From assembly GCA_018005585.1 (NCBI GenBank), contig JAGMZX010000010.1, positions 830 through 64,829 on the forward strand: a stretch of DNA of 64,000 nt. Reading direction: 5' to 3'. Source of the stretch: Candidatus Hydrogenedentota bacterium. GTDB lineage: Bacteria; Hydrogenedentota; Hydrogenedentia; Hydrogenedentales; JAGMZX01. Positions 9,153 through 17,775 of the stretch are shown in pieces (the first letter of the stretch is position 1; each line of letters starts with the position of its first letter). The notes below the pieces were generated by a model. It worked only from the letters and a program-made list of their open reading frames with translations, did no database searches and had not been told where the DNA came from. The translations under genes and the position numbers were made by a program.

Positions 9153-10697
9153 ATGGCGATGCTCGACAGGCGCGCTTTCCTCGAACTTGCCGCATGGGGT
9201 CTCGCCGCAGCGGGATTGCCGCCGGCCGCGCGCGCTGAGACTGCCAAGAAACCCAACATCGTTGTCATCCTCGCCGACGACATGGGCTACGGAGACCTCG
9301 GATGTCAGAATCCGGATTCAAAGATCCCGACGCCGAATCTGGACCGCCTGGCGACGGAAGGCGTCCGGTTCACGGACGCCCACGCGCCCGCGTCGGTGTG
9401 TTCGCCAACGCGGTACGGCATCCTGACGGGGCGCTACTGCTGGCGCAGCCGCCTCCAGTCGAGCGTGCTCTGGGAATGGGACCCTCCGCTCATCGAGCCG
9501 GACCGCCTGACGCTTCCCGCGCTGCTCAAGCAGCACGGTTACGCCACCGCCTGCATTGGCAAATGGCACCTTGGTTGGGACTGGCCCTTCATCGGCGGTA
9601 TCCCGGAATCGAAAGAGGCGATTGCCTGTGCGTCCCTTGACTGGTCGAAGCCGGTCGCGGGCGGACCGCTCGCCGCCGGGTTCGACTACTATTTCGGCGA
9701 CGACGTGCCCAATTTCCCGCCGTATGTCTTCATTGAGAACGACCGCGCGCTGAGCATACCCAGCGAAATGAAACCCGAGGGGATGTTCGGACGGCCCGGG
9801 CCCATGCAGCCCGGCTGGGAACTGGAAGCCGTCATGCCCGCGATCACGCGTAAGGCCGCCGAATGGATCGACCGCGCGGACAGCGTGCCGGGGCGGCCGT
9901 TCTTCCTCTATTTCCCGCTGACGGCCCCGCACACGCCCATCGCGCCCGCTGCCGCGTTCAAGGGCAGAAGCCGGGCCGGCGACTACGGCGACTATGTCGT
10001 CGAGGTGGACTGGGCGGTCGGGCAGGTGCTCGACGCGCTCGAACGTAATCTCCGCGCTGAGAACACGCTGGTCGTCTTCACCAGCGATAACGGCCCCGAA
10101 AACTCGGCCTATAAGCGCATCCAGGAGTACGGGCATTGCAGCATGGACGGGCTCCGGGGACTCAAACGCGACACCTGGGAAGGCGGGCACCGCGTGCCGT
10201 TTCTTGCGCGCTGGCCCGGGCGCATAGTCCCCGGCGCGACGAGCGCCGAGACCATTTGCCTCACCGACATCATGGCCACCATGGCCGCACTGCTCGGCGC
10301 GCAACTGCACGACGATGCCGCCGAGGACAGCTATAATGTCCTCCCCGCGCTCCTGGGCGAAACGCGGGACGCACCCATCCGCGAGGCGACGGTCCACCAC
10401 AGTTGTAGTGGCCGCTTCGCCATCCGAAAGGGCCCCTGGGTACTAATCGACGCGCGCACCGGCGACGACAACAAGGAACCGGACTGGTTCCAGCAGGAGC
10501 GGCGCTATCAGCCCCACGACCAGCCCGGCGAACTGTACGACCTTTCAGCCGATCTCGCGGAGCGCCGGAATCTGTATGCGGACCATCCGGAAATTGTGGC
10601 GGAACTCAAGAACCTTCTGGAGAAATACAAGCGCGAAGGCCGAAGCGTTCCCCGGAGTAGACGCAACGGAACGGCGCAAGAAAGGTCTATAATATGA
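9153..10697 (+). CDS. arylsulfatase (sulfatase family, formylglycine-dependent) with Tat-type signal
   Basis: The sulfatase signature CSPTRYGILTGRY (C-x-P-x-R) is present. The N-terminus has the twin-arginine motif RRAFLELAAWGLAAAGL. The stop overlaps the fucosidase start (ATGA). Confidence 0.9.
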   Translation: MAMLDRRAFLELAAWGLAAAGLPPAARAETAKKPNIVVILADDMGYGDLGCQNPDSKIPTPNLDRLATEGVRFTDAHAPASVCSPTRYGILTGRYCWRSRLQSSVLWEWDPPLIEPDRLTLPALLKQHGYATACIGKWHLGWDWPFIGGIPESKEAIACASLDWSKPVAGGPLAAGFDYYFGDDVPNFPPYVFIENDRALSIPSEMKPEGMFGRPGPMQPGWELEAVMPAITRKAAEWIDRADSVPGRPFFLYFPLTAPHTPIAPAAAFKGRSRAGDYGDYVVEVDWAVGQVLDALERNLRAENTLVVFTSDNGPENSAYKRIQEYGHCSMDGLRGLKRDTWEGGHRVPFLARWPGRIVPGATSAETICLTDIMATMAALLGAQLHDDAAEDSYNVLPALLGETRDAPIREATVHHSCSGRFAIRKGPWVLIDARTGDDNKEPDWFQQERRYQPHDQPGELYDLSADLAERRNLYADHPEIVAELKNLLEKYKREGRSVPRSRRNGTAQERSII

Positions 10698-11704
10698 AAG
10701 CAGGTTTTTGTCTGCAATGGATTTGCGTGGCGTGTCTGCCGGCCGGCGCGATGGCGGAGGAAATTTCGAGTGTGCGCCTTCCCGACGAGGTGCGGGCGCA
10801 ACAGGTGCGGGACTTGCGGTTCGGCATGTTCATTTGCTGGTCGTTCAGCACTTTCTCAGGCGAGGAGTGGACGCGCGGCGTCACGGACGTCAGCTTCTTC
10901 CATCCCACGGGCTGCGACACCGACCCGTGGTGCGCGGCGGCAAAAGCGGCGGAAATGGGGTACATCCTGTTCCTTGCGAAACATCACGACGGCTTCTGCC
11001 TCTGGGACACGCAGACTACGGACTGGAAGGTCACGAAGAGTCCGCTGGGCATCGACGTGCTGGCGCAATTGCGCCAATCATGCGACAAGCACGGGCTCAA
11101 GCTCGCGCTTTATTTCTCGGAAGGCGACTGGACCTGGCCGGGAAACAAGAACCCCGAGCTGAAGAAGGCGCAACTGCGCGAACTCTGCACGCAATATGGT
11201 CCCATCGAGTTTTTCTGGATGGACCACGCCCAGGAAGACGGCGGGCTCGACCACGAGGCCACGGCGGCATGGGTCGAGCAGTTCCAGCCCAATTGCCTCG
11301 TCGGTTTCAATCACGGCGCGCCCGCAGGGCGCTTATGCCTGCGCGAGCGGGGCCGGCCCGGCCCTATCGGCGACGCCGCCGCTTCCGAATACAACAAAGA
11401 GGCGGAGCAGTCTTACAAAGGCTACCTGCTCGCCGAATTCACCTATCCGATTCTGCCGGAACACGAAGGCGGGGCGCAGTGGTTCTATTCGCTTCCCAGG
11501 CACGACCGGCTCTGCCTGCCGCCCGACAAGATCTTCCAGGACTATCTGGGCGCAGTCGAATACGGCAACATCTTCTCGCTCGACGCGGGGCCGGACTATG
11601 CGGGGCGCCTGCGCGACATCGACGTGGAAACGCTGACCGCGGTCGGACAGATGATCCGCGACTGGCGCGAGAGACCGTCCAAGCCGGGCGCGGAGAGACC
11701 GTGA
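10694..11704 (+). CDS. alpha-L-fucosidase (GH29)
   Basis: GH29 motifs RFGMFICWS and HHDGFCLWDT are present. The signal peptide reads MKAGFCLQWICVACLPAGAMA. It is translationally coupled to the sulfatase. Confidence 0.85.
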   Translation: MKAGFCLQWICVACLPAGAMAEEISSVRLPDEVRAQQVRDLRFGMFICWSFSTFSGEEWTRGVTDVSFFHPTGCDTDPWCAAAKAAEMGYILFLAKHHDGFCLWDTQTTDWKVTKSPLGIDVLAQLRQSCDKHGLKLALYFSEGDWTWPGNKNPELKKAQLRELCTQYGPIEFFWMDHAQEDGGLDHEATAAWVEQFQPNCLVGFNHGAPAGRLCLRERGRPGPIGDAAASEYNKEAEQSYKGYLLAEFTYPILPEHEGGAQWFYSLPRHDRLCLPPDKIFQDYLGAVEYGNIFSLDAGPDYAGRLRDIDVETLTAVGQMIRDWRERPSKPGAERP

Positions 11705-11723
11705 CGGATTCGATGCCGTTTTC

Positions 11724-12029
11724 TCAGCGGCGGGGTGGGCGCGGCGGCTCGAGTCTCTTATTGAGGCGGTATACGAACGCCAGGACTTCCGCCACCGCCC
11801 GGTACAGCGTCTCGGGGATCGGCGCGTCAATGTCCAGTTTGGCGAGCAGCCCAACCAGCGCGGGGTCTTCGTGCACGTGCACGTCGTGCTCGCGCGCAAG
11901 CTCGAGAATACGTTCCGCAATGAGGCCCGTGCCCTTCGCGACCACGCGAGGCGCGGCGTCTTGCGCCGCGTCATAGCGCAGGGCCACCGCCTTCCGCCGC
12001 CGCTCCGGTTCCTTTTCCCTTGCTTTCAT
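11724..12029 (-). CDS. FlhB C-terminal domain-like protein (EscU/YscU/FlhB autocleavage-domain homolog)
   Basis: 101 aa. The segment AVALRYD..APRVVAKGTGLIAERILELAREHDVHVHEDPALVGLL matches the FlhB/YlqH-type C-terminal domain. It is the last gene of the flagellar cluster and overlaps the fliK-like gene by 4 nt. Confidence 0.75.
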   Translation of the reverse strand: MKAREKEPERRRKAVALRYDAAQDAAPRVVAKGTGLIAERILELAREHDVHVHEDPALVGLLAKLDIDAPIPETLYRAVAEVLAFVYRLNKRLEPPRPPRR

Positions 12030-13213
12030 CCGCGCAAGTCCAATCCGCCGAAGCGCCGCATGATCGCGGCGGTTTCACGCAAGCGGTCACCGTCCCACAA
12101 AGCAGCGTCGACCGTGACGCGCCGATAACCCGCCGCGCACAGCGCCTCCGCAAGTTCGGGGGCATGCGCTCGGATGGCCTCGACCGCGTCGGGGTCCGTG
12201 GCGCGAAAACCGCAGCGGCAGGTGCCGCTGGCGACGCCGAGCGTAACCCAGAGGTCACCCATGCGCTCTGTGGAAACGTCAATGACAATGAAGACGTTGT
12301 CCTTGTCGAAGCCACGGCCACGTCCCGCGCCGATGAAATGCACCTGTGCGTGGCGCAGTCCGGCGTCCGGCGGCAGCGGCAGCTCGAGAAAAACGTAGGG
12401 ATGTTCGAGTCCGCGCAGGTTTTGCAGGGCGGCGCCGTCGAGACGTTCCTGCACGCGTTGCACCGCCGCGTCAAAGGAGCGCAATGCCCCCTGTGACCGA
12501 AGGAACCGGCGGAGCGGCTCGTGTCCCGCCAGCCGGGCAAGATACGTGGAGAGCAGTCCATCCAGCCCCTCCGGCCCGGCGTCCCCCGTCGCCGCCGTGA
12601 ACTGCACAAGCCGCGCCTCCGGACTGCGCGCCCGCGCCAGTTGCTCAAGCGCGGCCGCGAACGCGCGCGCGTCTCCCGAGGCAAGGGCGGCCAGCAACCC
12701 CAGCACCCCCTCCGTGCCCGGTGGCGGCGCCGCGCCTGCGGCCGTGGCCTGCGCGATCCAGGATTGAATCCGCGTCAAGTCCGCGCCGGCCGTGCCGCGA
12801 CCGAAAAACAGCGCCAGCAACTGGCGCAACGCCGGCGCGGACGGCGGAAGCATGCGCGGCGCAATGGCCTCGGCGGCGCCGGCGTGTCTGGTCATGCCCA
12901 GCGCGCGCAGCGCTTCCGTCAGGGCGGCGCGCAGCGCGGCGTCCGCCGCGCCCGGCGGCGCCTCCTGCGCGGCGGCGGCATGAGGCGTCACGCGCAGGGC
13001 AAGGCCCGCGCCGCTCTCGACAACCTCCACCTCCACGGCCTGCCCGGGCACGATACGCGCTGCGTTTTCGAGCGGGATGCGTGCGCCCGCGAGCAAGAGG
13101 ACCGGCTCGGCGCTGGTCCCGTGCACGGTTGCGTGGAAGGTCTGACCGGGCCGCAACGCGGAGGCCAGCACGTGCTGTCGCGCGATGGGAACAACCGGCG
13201 GGAGGGGGAACAT
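12026..13213 (-). CDS. flagellar hook-length control protein FliK-like
   Basis: It is Ala/Pro/Gln-rich with a central low-complexity region. The C-terminal segment (VFIVIDVSTERMGDLWVTLGVASGT..AVEAIRAHAPELAEAL) resembles the FliK C-terminal Flg_hook domain. Its position before the flhB-like gene is typical. Confidence 0.5.
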   Translation of the reverse strand: MFPLPPVVPIARQHVLASALRPGQTFHATVHGTSAEPVLLLAGARIPLENAARIVPGQAVEVEVVESGAGLALRVTPHAAAAQEAPPGAADAALRAALTEALRALGMTRHAGAAEAIAPRMLPPSAPALRQLLALFFGRGTAGADLTRIQSWIAQATAAGAAPPPGTEGVLGLLAALASGDARAFAAALEQLARARSPEARLVQFTAATGDAGPEGLDGLLSTYLARLAGHEPLRRFLRSQGALRSFDAAVQRVQERLDGAALQNLRGLEHPYVFLELPLPPDAGLRHAQVHFIGAGRGRGFDKDNVFIVIDVSTERMGDLWVTLGVASGTCRCGFRATDPDAVEAIRAHAPELAEALCAAGYRRVTVDAALWDGDRLRETAAIMRRFGGLDLRG

Positions 13214-13227
13214 TTCGGCTGCGCGCG

Positions 13228-14178
13228 TTACACGCGCTTCTGCCGGGCCAGACTCAGCATCAGCCGCACCTCGCCCTTGCCGATACCAAGTTCCCGCGCG
13301 ATTTGCGCGACGGACATGCCCGCCGCGTCGTACTCGACGACCCGTTGCCGGAGCGGGGCGAGCACGTGCGCCCCGTTGTCGCCTGGCCGCGGCAGCGGCG
13401 CATCGCTGCGCACGGCAGGTGCAGCCGCGGGTTCGATGTTCAACAGCGCCTGGAAGGCGCGGCGCGAGGCGTCGCGATCCTCAGGCGACGAGGGCGGCGC
13501 TGTTTCCTGTTCCGCCGCTGTTTCGCCCTCCAGGTCGTCGCCAACCCATTTCTCGAAGGAGCGTTGCTCTTTCGCCGCATCGGCATCGGTGGATGCGCGC
13601 AATTGCGCAATGACGGCAGACAGAGCAGCGGCGGCGTTCATGGTTTCGGGCTCGTGGGGCGGGACGTCCGCGTGACCAGCACCGAGAGCGCGCTCCGGTT
13701 GCGGGGACGGCGCCGGGGCCGCTCCCGTCTGCTGCTTCCGGGCATATTCTTCCACGACGATATCCTGCTGTGGCTGCGGCGGGGCTGAAGCGGCGCGCGA
13801 AGCCTGATGGATCTGCGCCAATTGCTGCTGTACGGCGCGCAGCGCCGCCTTCGCTCTCTCGATTTCGTCGGCAAGTGTCTGCGTCGTCTCATAGAGACGC
13901 ACATTCTTTTCAAGGCTCTGCGCGAGGACCTGCTTGACCCCGGCGATCTTGTTTTCCAGGTCCGTATTGAATTGGCGGGCCAGGTCTTTCTGCTGCCGCA
14001 CCACGTCGCGCATGGTCTGGAAGAGTATCGTGATTTCGGCCTTGTCGGTTTCGGTCTGGCGGCGGCGCTGCTGTTGGCGGCGTTCGTTCGCCGCATACGC
14101 GACAACAAGCACCGCGAAACTGGCGCACCCGATGATGCCAACGCCGAAAGAGGCCCACATCAACAGCGTTTGCAGCAT
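13228..14178 (-). CDS. membrane-anchored coiled-coil protein with C-terminal sigma-70 region-4-like HTH
   Basis: It has an N-terminal TM helix (MLQTLLMWASFGVGIIGCASFAVLVVAYA), a long coiled-coil/Q-rich region, and a C-terminal HTH (MSVAQIARELGIGKGEVRLMLSLARQK). Function is unknown. It is embedded in the flagellar cluster. Confidence 0.55.
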   Translation of the reverse strand: MLQTLLMWASFGVGIIGCASFAVLVVAYAANERRQQQRRRQTETDKAEITILFQTMRDVVRQQKDLARQFNTDLENKIAGVKQVLAQSLEKNVRLYETTQTLADEIERAKAALRAVQQQLAQIHQASRAASAPPQPQQDIVVEEYARKQQTGAAPAPSPQPERALGAGHADVPPHEPETMNAAAALSAVIAQLRASTDADAAKEQRSFEKWVGDDLEGETAAEQETAPPSSPEDRDASRRAFQALLNIEPAAAPAVRSDAPLPRPGDNGAHVLAPLRQRVVEYDAAGMSVAQIARELGIGKGEVRLMLSLARQKRV

Positions 14179-14221
14179 CTCCTCCCGTCCTTCCTCATCG
14201 CGCCGGCCGCCCGCGGCGCAC

Positions 14222-14545
14222 TCAAACCGTCACGTCGAGTTGGTGCTCATCCATGTCCGCCGGCGGCTGTTTGTGTTCATTTTTCGGGGCATTCTCGCCC
14301 TCCCGCTGCTCCCGCTTGCGCCGCCGCCGGCCCACATAGGGATTCGCCCGGCGCAGTTCGCGGTCCACCTGCTCGCTTTTCTGCTCGGTCTGCTGAACCG
14401 TCGTCTCCGCGTTGGCGTGCTGCTGCTGCTGGGCCGCGTGAGCGCGCTGCTGGGCCGCGAGCGACGCCCGGTCCGCGACCTGCTGGATGCGTTCCGCGGC
14501 ATGCACGCGCGCAATCTCGGTAAAGGGGTCGATCGGCTGGGGCAT
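14222..14545 (-). CDS. hypothetical Gln-rich protein downstream of fliA (possible flagellar regulatory factor)
   Basis: The start MPQPIDPF overlaps the fliA stop (ATGA). It is low-complexity and Q/R/E-rich. No family was recognised. The track ORF extends into fliA in an alternate frame. Confidence 0.4.
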   Translation of the reverse strand: MPQPIDPFTEIARVHAAERIQQVADRASLAAQQRAHAAQQQQHANAETTVQQTEQKSEQVDRELRRANPYVGRRRRKREQREGENAPKNEHKQPPADMDEHQLDVTV

Positions 14546-15315
14546 CACGATTCTCCGCGCATGACCTCGCGCAGCCGTTTCACCGCGGCGCTGTGTATCT
14601 GGCACACGCGCGATTCGGTAACTTCCAGCACAACGCCGATTTCCTTCAGCGTCAATTCCCGGTAGTAATACAAGTTTAGCACTTTTTGCTGCTGTTCCGG
14701 TAGCTCCAGAATCGCGTCCGCGAGCCGTTGCTGCCGTTCCTTGGCTTCCAGCAACTGGCTCGGCGTCGGCGATGCGGCGTCGCCCGTAACGTGCACCTTG
14801 CGGATTTCCTCCGCATCGGCGGCGGGCAGATACTCGTCAAGCGAGAGCACCTGCGCCGTCTGCAACTGGGCCACCGTCTCTTCGACGTGCTGCACCGTCG
14901 TTCCCAACGCTTCCGCAAGGTCCTCCGCGGACGGATCCCGCCCCTGCTGGTGCCGGAGCTTCTCGCGGGCCGCCCCGATTTTGCGCGCCATGTTTCGCAG
15001 GGAGCGCGGCGCCCAGTCCAGCGAGCGAATCTGGTCAATGATCGCGCCGCGAATGCGAATGGACGCATAGGTGGAAAACTTGATGTCCTGCGTGTGGTCG
15101 TAACGCTGGACGGCGTCGATCAGGCCCATTACCCCCCACCCCACCAAGTCGTCCATTTCAACATTCGACGGCACGTGGATCGCCATGCGCCCCGCGATGA
15201 ACCGGACCACGCGCATATAGTGCATGATGAGCCACTCGCGGGCAGCGTCGTCGCCCTGCTCCTTGTAGCGCACCCATAATTCCCGTTCATCCATATTGGG
15301 TAACGTCGTGGTCAA
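14545..15315 (-). CDS. fliA: RNA polymerase sigma-28 factor FliA/WhiG
   Basis: Region 2 (DLVGWGVMGLIDAVQRYD..KFSTYASIRIRGAIIDQIR), region 3 and region 4 (LKEIGVVLEVTESRVCQIHSAAVKRLR) are all present. At 256 aa the length is typical. Confidence 0.9.
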   Translation of the reverse strand: MTTTLPNMDERELWVRYKEQGDDAAREWLIMHYMRVVRFIAGRMAIHVPSNVEMDDLVGWGVMGLIDAVQRYDHTQDIKFSTYASIRIRGAIIDQIRSLDWAPRSLRNMARKIGAAREKLRHQQGRDPSAEDLAEALGTTVQHVEETVAQLQTAQVLSLDEYLPAADAEEIRKVHVTGDAASPTPSQLLEAKERQQRLADAILELPEQQQKVLNLYYYRELTLKEIGVVLEVTESRVCQIHSAAVKRLREVMRGES

Positions 15316-16256
15316 CGTAAGCTTTGGATCCTCTCCTTGGGACTGATGATTTCCGTGATGCGCAGGCCGAACTTCTCATCCACGACGACCACGTCGCCCC
15401 GGGCAATCAGCCGGTCGTTGATCAACAGCTCGACCGGTTCTTCGATGAGATGGCCGACTTCGACGATCGAGCCCGGGCCAAGCCCAAGGATATCGCCAAC
15501 GGCCATCTCTATCCGTCCGAGCCGGGCAGTCGCGACAAGCTTGATATCCAACACCATGTCTATATTCGGCGGGGTAACCGGCGCGGCCGCGGCCTGTCCC
15601 GGGGGCTGCAGCGCGGCTTCGCCGAATCCGCTGAGGATATCGGACATTTCCTCCGCGCTTAGCGTGGGCTCCGGCTTGGGCGCGGCGGCGCCGGCCAACA
15701 TCTTCGGAGGCACCGCCTGCTCAAACGTATCACTGAAGAGCAGCACGCCCGAGCCGCTGGTCCCCTCCGCGGAGAACGAAAACGGCGCGGCCGTTACGGC
15801 GCGGCCCAAATGGTCGAGCAGCGCGGCCGCGTCCTCGGCCACATGCTCCTCGATGCGGGTCTCCTCCATTCGCTCAATGGTTCGGCCCGCCGCTTCCAGC
15901 AGGCAGGTGACCGCGCCCCCCAAGGCGGATTCCGCCACTTCCCTGAGCACGGCGCGTTGCCCATCGTCCAGCGCGCTCATGACAACCGGCGCCTCTCCTT
16001 GCACCTGCGCGGCAATCTGCACCGCGTCCGCCACACGAAACAACAGAGCGACGCTTCCGCCGTCCTGGGCGACCCGAGAACTCATGCAGACGCCGAAATC
16101 GGCCAGATAGCCCGCTGCGCCCGCTGTATCCAGGGCGTCCGCTCCCATCACGTCGAAGCGGAACGTCTTGGCCAGCAACGCGTCGAGCACGTCGAACGCG
16201 CCCTTCAACAGGTGTTCCGCCACCACCTTTGCCACGGCAGACTGCATCACGGGCAC
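15312..16256 (-). CDS. fliY: flagellar motor switch protein FliY (CheC-like N-domain plus FliN/SpoA C-domain)
   Basis: The C-terminal SpoA/FliN domain reads LDIKLVATARLGRIEMAVGDILGLGPGSIVEVGHLIEEPVELLINDRLIARGDVVVV. The N-terminus carries a CheC-like repeat region. Confidence 0.85.
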   Translation of the reverse strand: MPVMQSAVAKVVAEHLLKGAFDVLDALLAKTFRFDVMGADALDTAGAAGYLADFGVCMSSRVAQDGGSVALLFRVADAVQIAAQVQGEAPVVMSALDDGQRAVLREVAESALGGAVTCLLEAAGRTIERMEETRIEEHVAEDAAALLDHLGRAVTAAPFSFSAEGTSGSGVLLFSDTFEQAVPPKMLAGAAAPKPEPTLSAEEMSDILSGFGEAALQPPGQAAAAPVTPPNIDMVLDIKLVATARLGRIEMAVGDILGLGPGSIVEVGHLIEEPVELLINDRLIARGDVVVVDEKFGLRITEIISPKERIQSLR

Positions 16257-16257
16257 C

Positions 16258-17238
16258 TCACATCCGCACCAAAGACACGAGTTGCACGGCGCTCTGTTCG
16301 CCCCGCCGGCCCGGGCGGGCCTGAAAGGCGGGGCAGCCGCCGACTTCCAACACGATAGCCTCCTTGGGCGAAGTGTGCAATTGCACCACGTCGCCCACTT
16401 GGAGACGGGCGATATCGCTCAGGCTTAGCTGTGCCTGACCCAATATTGCGTCGACCGGCACCACCGCCCGGCTCAGTATTTGTTCCACAATGGCGCGCGT
16501 AGCGGAAGACAGCTCCGGCGACAGGCGGCGCGTGAAGTGGGCCTGCTGCGAAATCTGGTCCAGGACCGGGTTGATGACCATGAGCGGGATGCACATATTC
16601 ATGGTGCCGACGGCTTCGCCGACGTGCATCTCGTACCCCACGAGCACCACCATCTCGCTGCCGGCGACAATCTGCACGATCAGCGGGTCGCTCTCCGTCT
16701 GGAGAATGGAGAGGTCGAATTCGATAAGCTGCTCCCAGGACCGTTTCAGGCAATCGAGCATCATCATGACTATCCGCTGCCCAATCCGGTCCTCGATCTC
16801 GGTGAGTTCACGCGGCTCGGCCAGCGTCGCGCCTTTCCCGCCCAGCACCCGGTCGACAATGGGAAAGACCATGGACGGGCTCATCTCGATCACCGCCGTG
16901 CCGTCCAGCGGCGCCATGCTGATCACCGTGAGGGATGTGGGCCGGGAAACGGACAGAATGAATTCGTCGTAGGTCAATTGGTCCAGGGAGGTCAGGTCAA
17001 GCCGCACGACCGTACGCAGGAACGGAGGAAAGAGGATGTTCACTTCCCGCGCAAAGGCGTCGAAGAGGCTCTGCAGCCCCTTCAATTGCTCCTTGGACAC
17101 GCGCTCGGGACGCCGGAAATCATAGGCCGTCAACTGCATGTCGGCCGGGACCGGCACAGCGGGCGCCGTCTCGACTTCACTGTCAGAGACAGCGCTCAAC
17201 AAAAGGTCGACTTCGTCCTGACTCAGTATGTCGGCCAT
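16258..17238 (-). CDS. fliM: flagellar motor switch protein FliM
   Basis: The N-terminal CheY-binding motif MADILSQDEVDLLL is present. At 326 aa it matches FliM topology and ends in a SpoA-like C-terminus. An AGGGAG RBS precedes the start. Confidence 0.9.
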   Translation of the reverse strand: MADILSQDEVDLLLSAVSDSEVETAPAVPVPADMQLTAYDFRRPERVSKEQLKGLQSLFDAFAREVNILFPPFLRTVVRLDLTSLDQLTYDEFILSVSRPTSLTVISMAPLDGTAVIEMSPSMVFPIVDRVLGGKGATLAEPRELTEIEDRIGQRIVMMMLDCLKRSWEQLIEFDLSILQTESDPLIVQIVAGSEMVVLVGYEMHVGEAVGTMNMCIPLMVINPVLDQISQQAHFTRRLSPELSSATRAIVEQILSRAVVPVDAILGQAQLSLSDIARLQVGDVVQLHTSPKEAIVLEVGGCPAFQARPGRRGEQSAVQLVSLVRM

Positions 17239-17286
17239 AGAGGCTCCCTGGCGGCGTCTGCCGCAGGCTTCTCCCCGAGCGACGCG

Positions 17287-17315
17287 AGTATAGCACAGGC
17301 CCTATGGGGAAGCAA
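17287..17315 (-). promoter_or_regulatory. candidate sigma-70-type promoter for the fliM operon (TTGCTT-17-TATACT on minus strand)
   Basis: Read on the minus strand: TTGCTTccccatagggcctgtgcTATACT, about 45 nt upstream of the fliM ATG. No convincing sigma-28 or sigma-54 consensus was found. Confidence 0.3.
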
Positions 17316-17542
17316 GGCCGGAACGTGCGATAACGTCTTTAGGCATAGCCAGATACACATGATCCAACCCCTGGAATTCAATAGAACTCAGCTATCTTCT
17401 TTATTAGAATTAATAGCTTTCTTCGACGCGAAGTACCCCTCGCCTGGCTCCGCCGTCAACCGCTGCGCCGTGGCTCCCGTTAGCTTTCTGAGAGCAGACG
17501 GGACATGTGACTTAACCCCAAACAGTCTCTCTCCCCCATGGC

Positions 17543-17585
17543 GCGGACCGGTTCCCTAGCAGACCGGTCCGCATTTTTGTTTGTG
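17543..17585 (+). terminator. intrinsic terminator-like hairpin plus U-tract (plus-strand orientation)
   Basis: GCGGACCGGT-tccctagcag-ACCGGTCCGC is a perfect 10-bp stem. It is followed by aTTTTTgTTTgTg. No plus-strand CDS lies upstream of it. Confidence 0.5.
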
Positions 17586-17775
17586 TAGCCCTTGCCGGAG
17601 ACGTCTTCGGCGTGTGCGGGCGTATCCGCGTCGTGCCGGGACGGCCCCGCCCAGACCACCGAGGAAGCCTCTTCTGTCGGACGGCACACGAAACTCTTGA
17701 ACGCCTCTTTCCGGGATTCTATGATGCGTCTCTTACAGGGGACGTTCCGGAATCATTGCGAGAAGGAGCAAGACG

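Noticed and set aside
17221-17400. Sigma-28 (FliA) consensus TAAA-N15-GCCGATAA upstream of fliM
   Set aside because: Only TAAAGACG was found, followed by a poor -10 match (TCCGGCCT). The site is not convincing.
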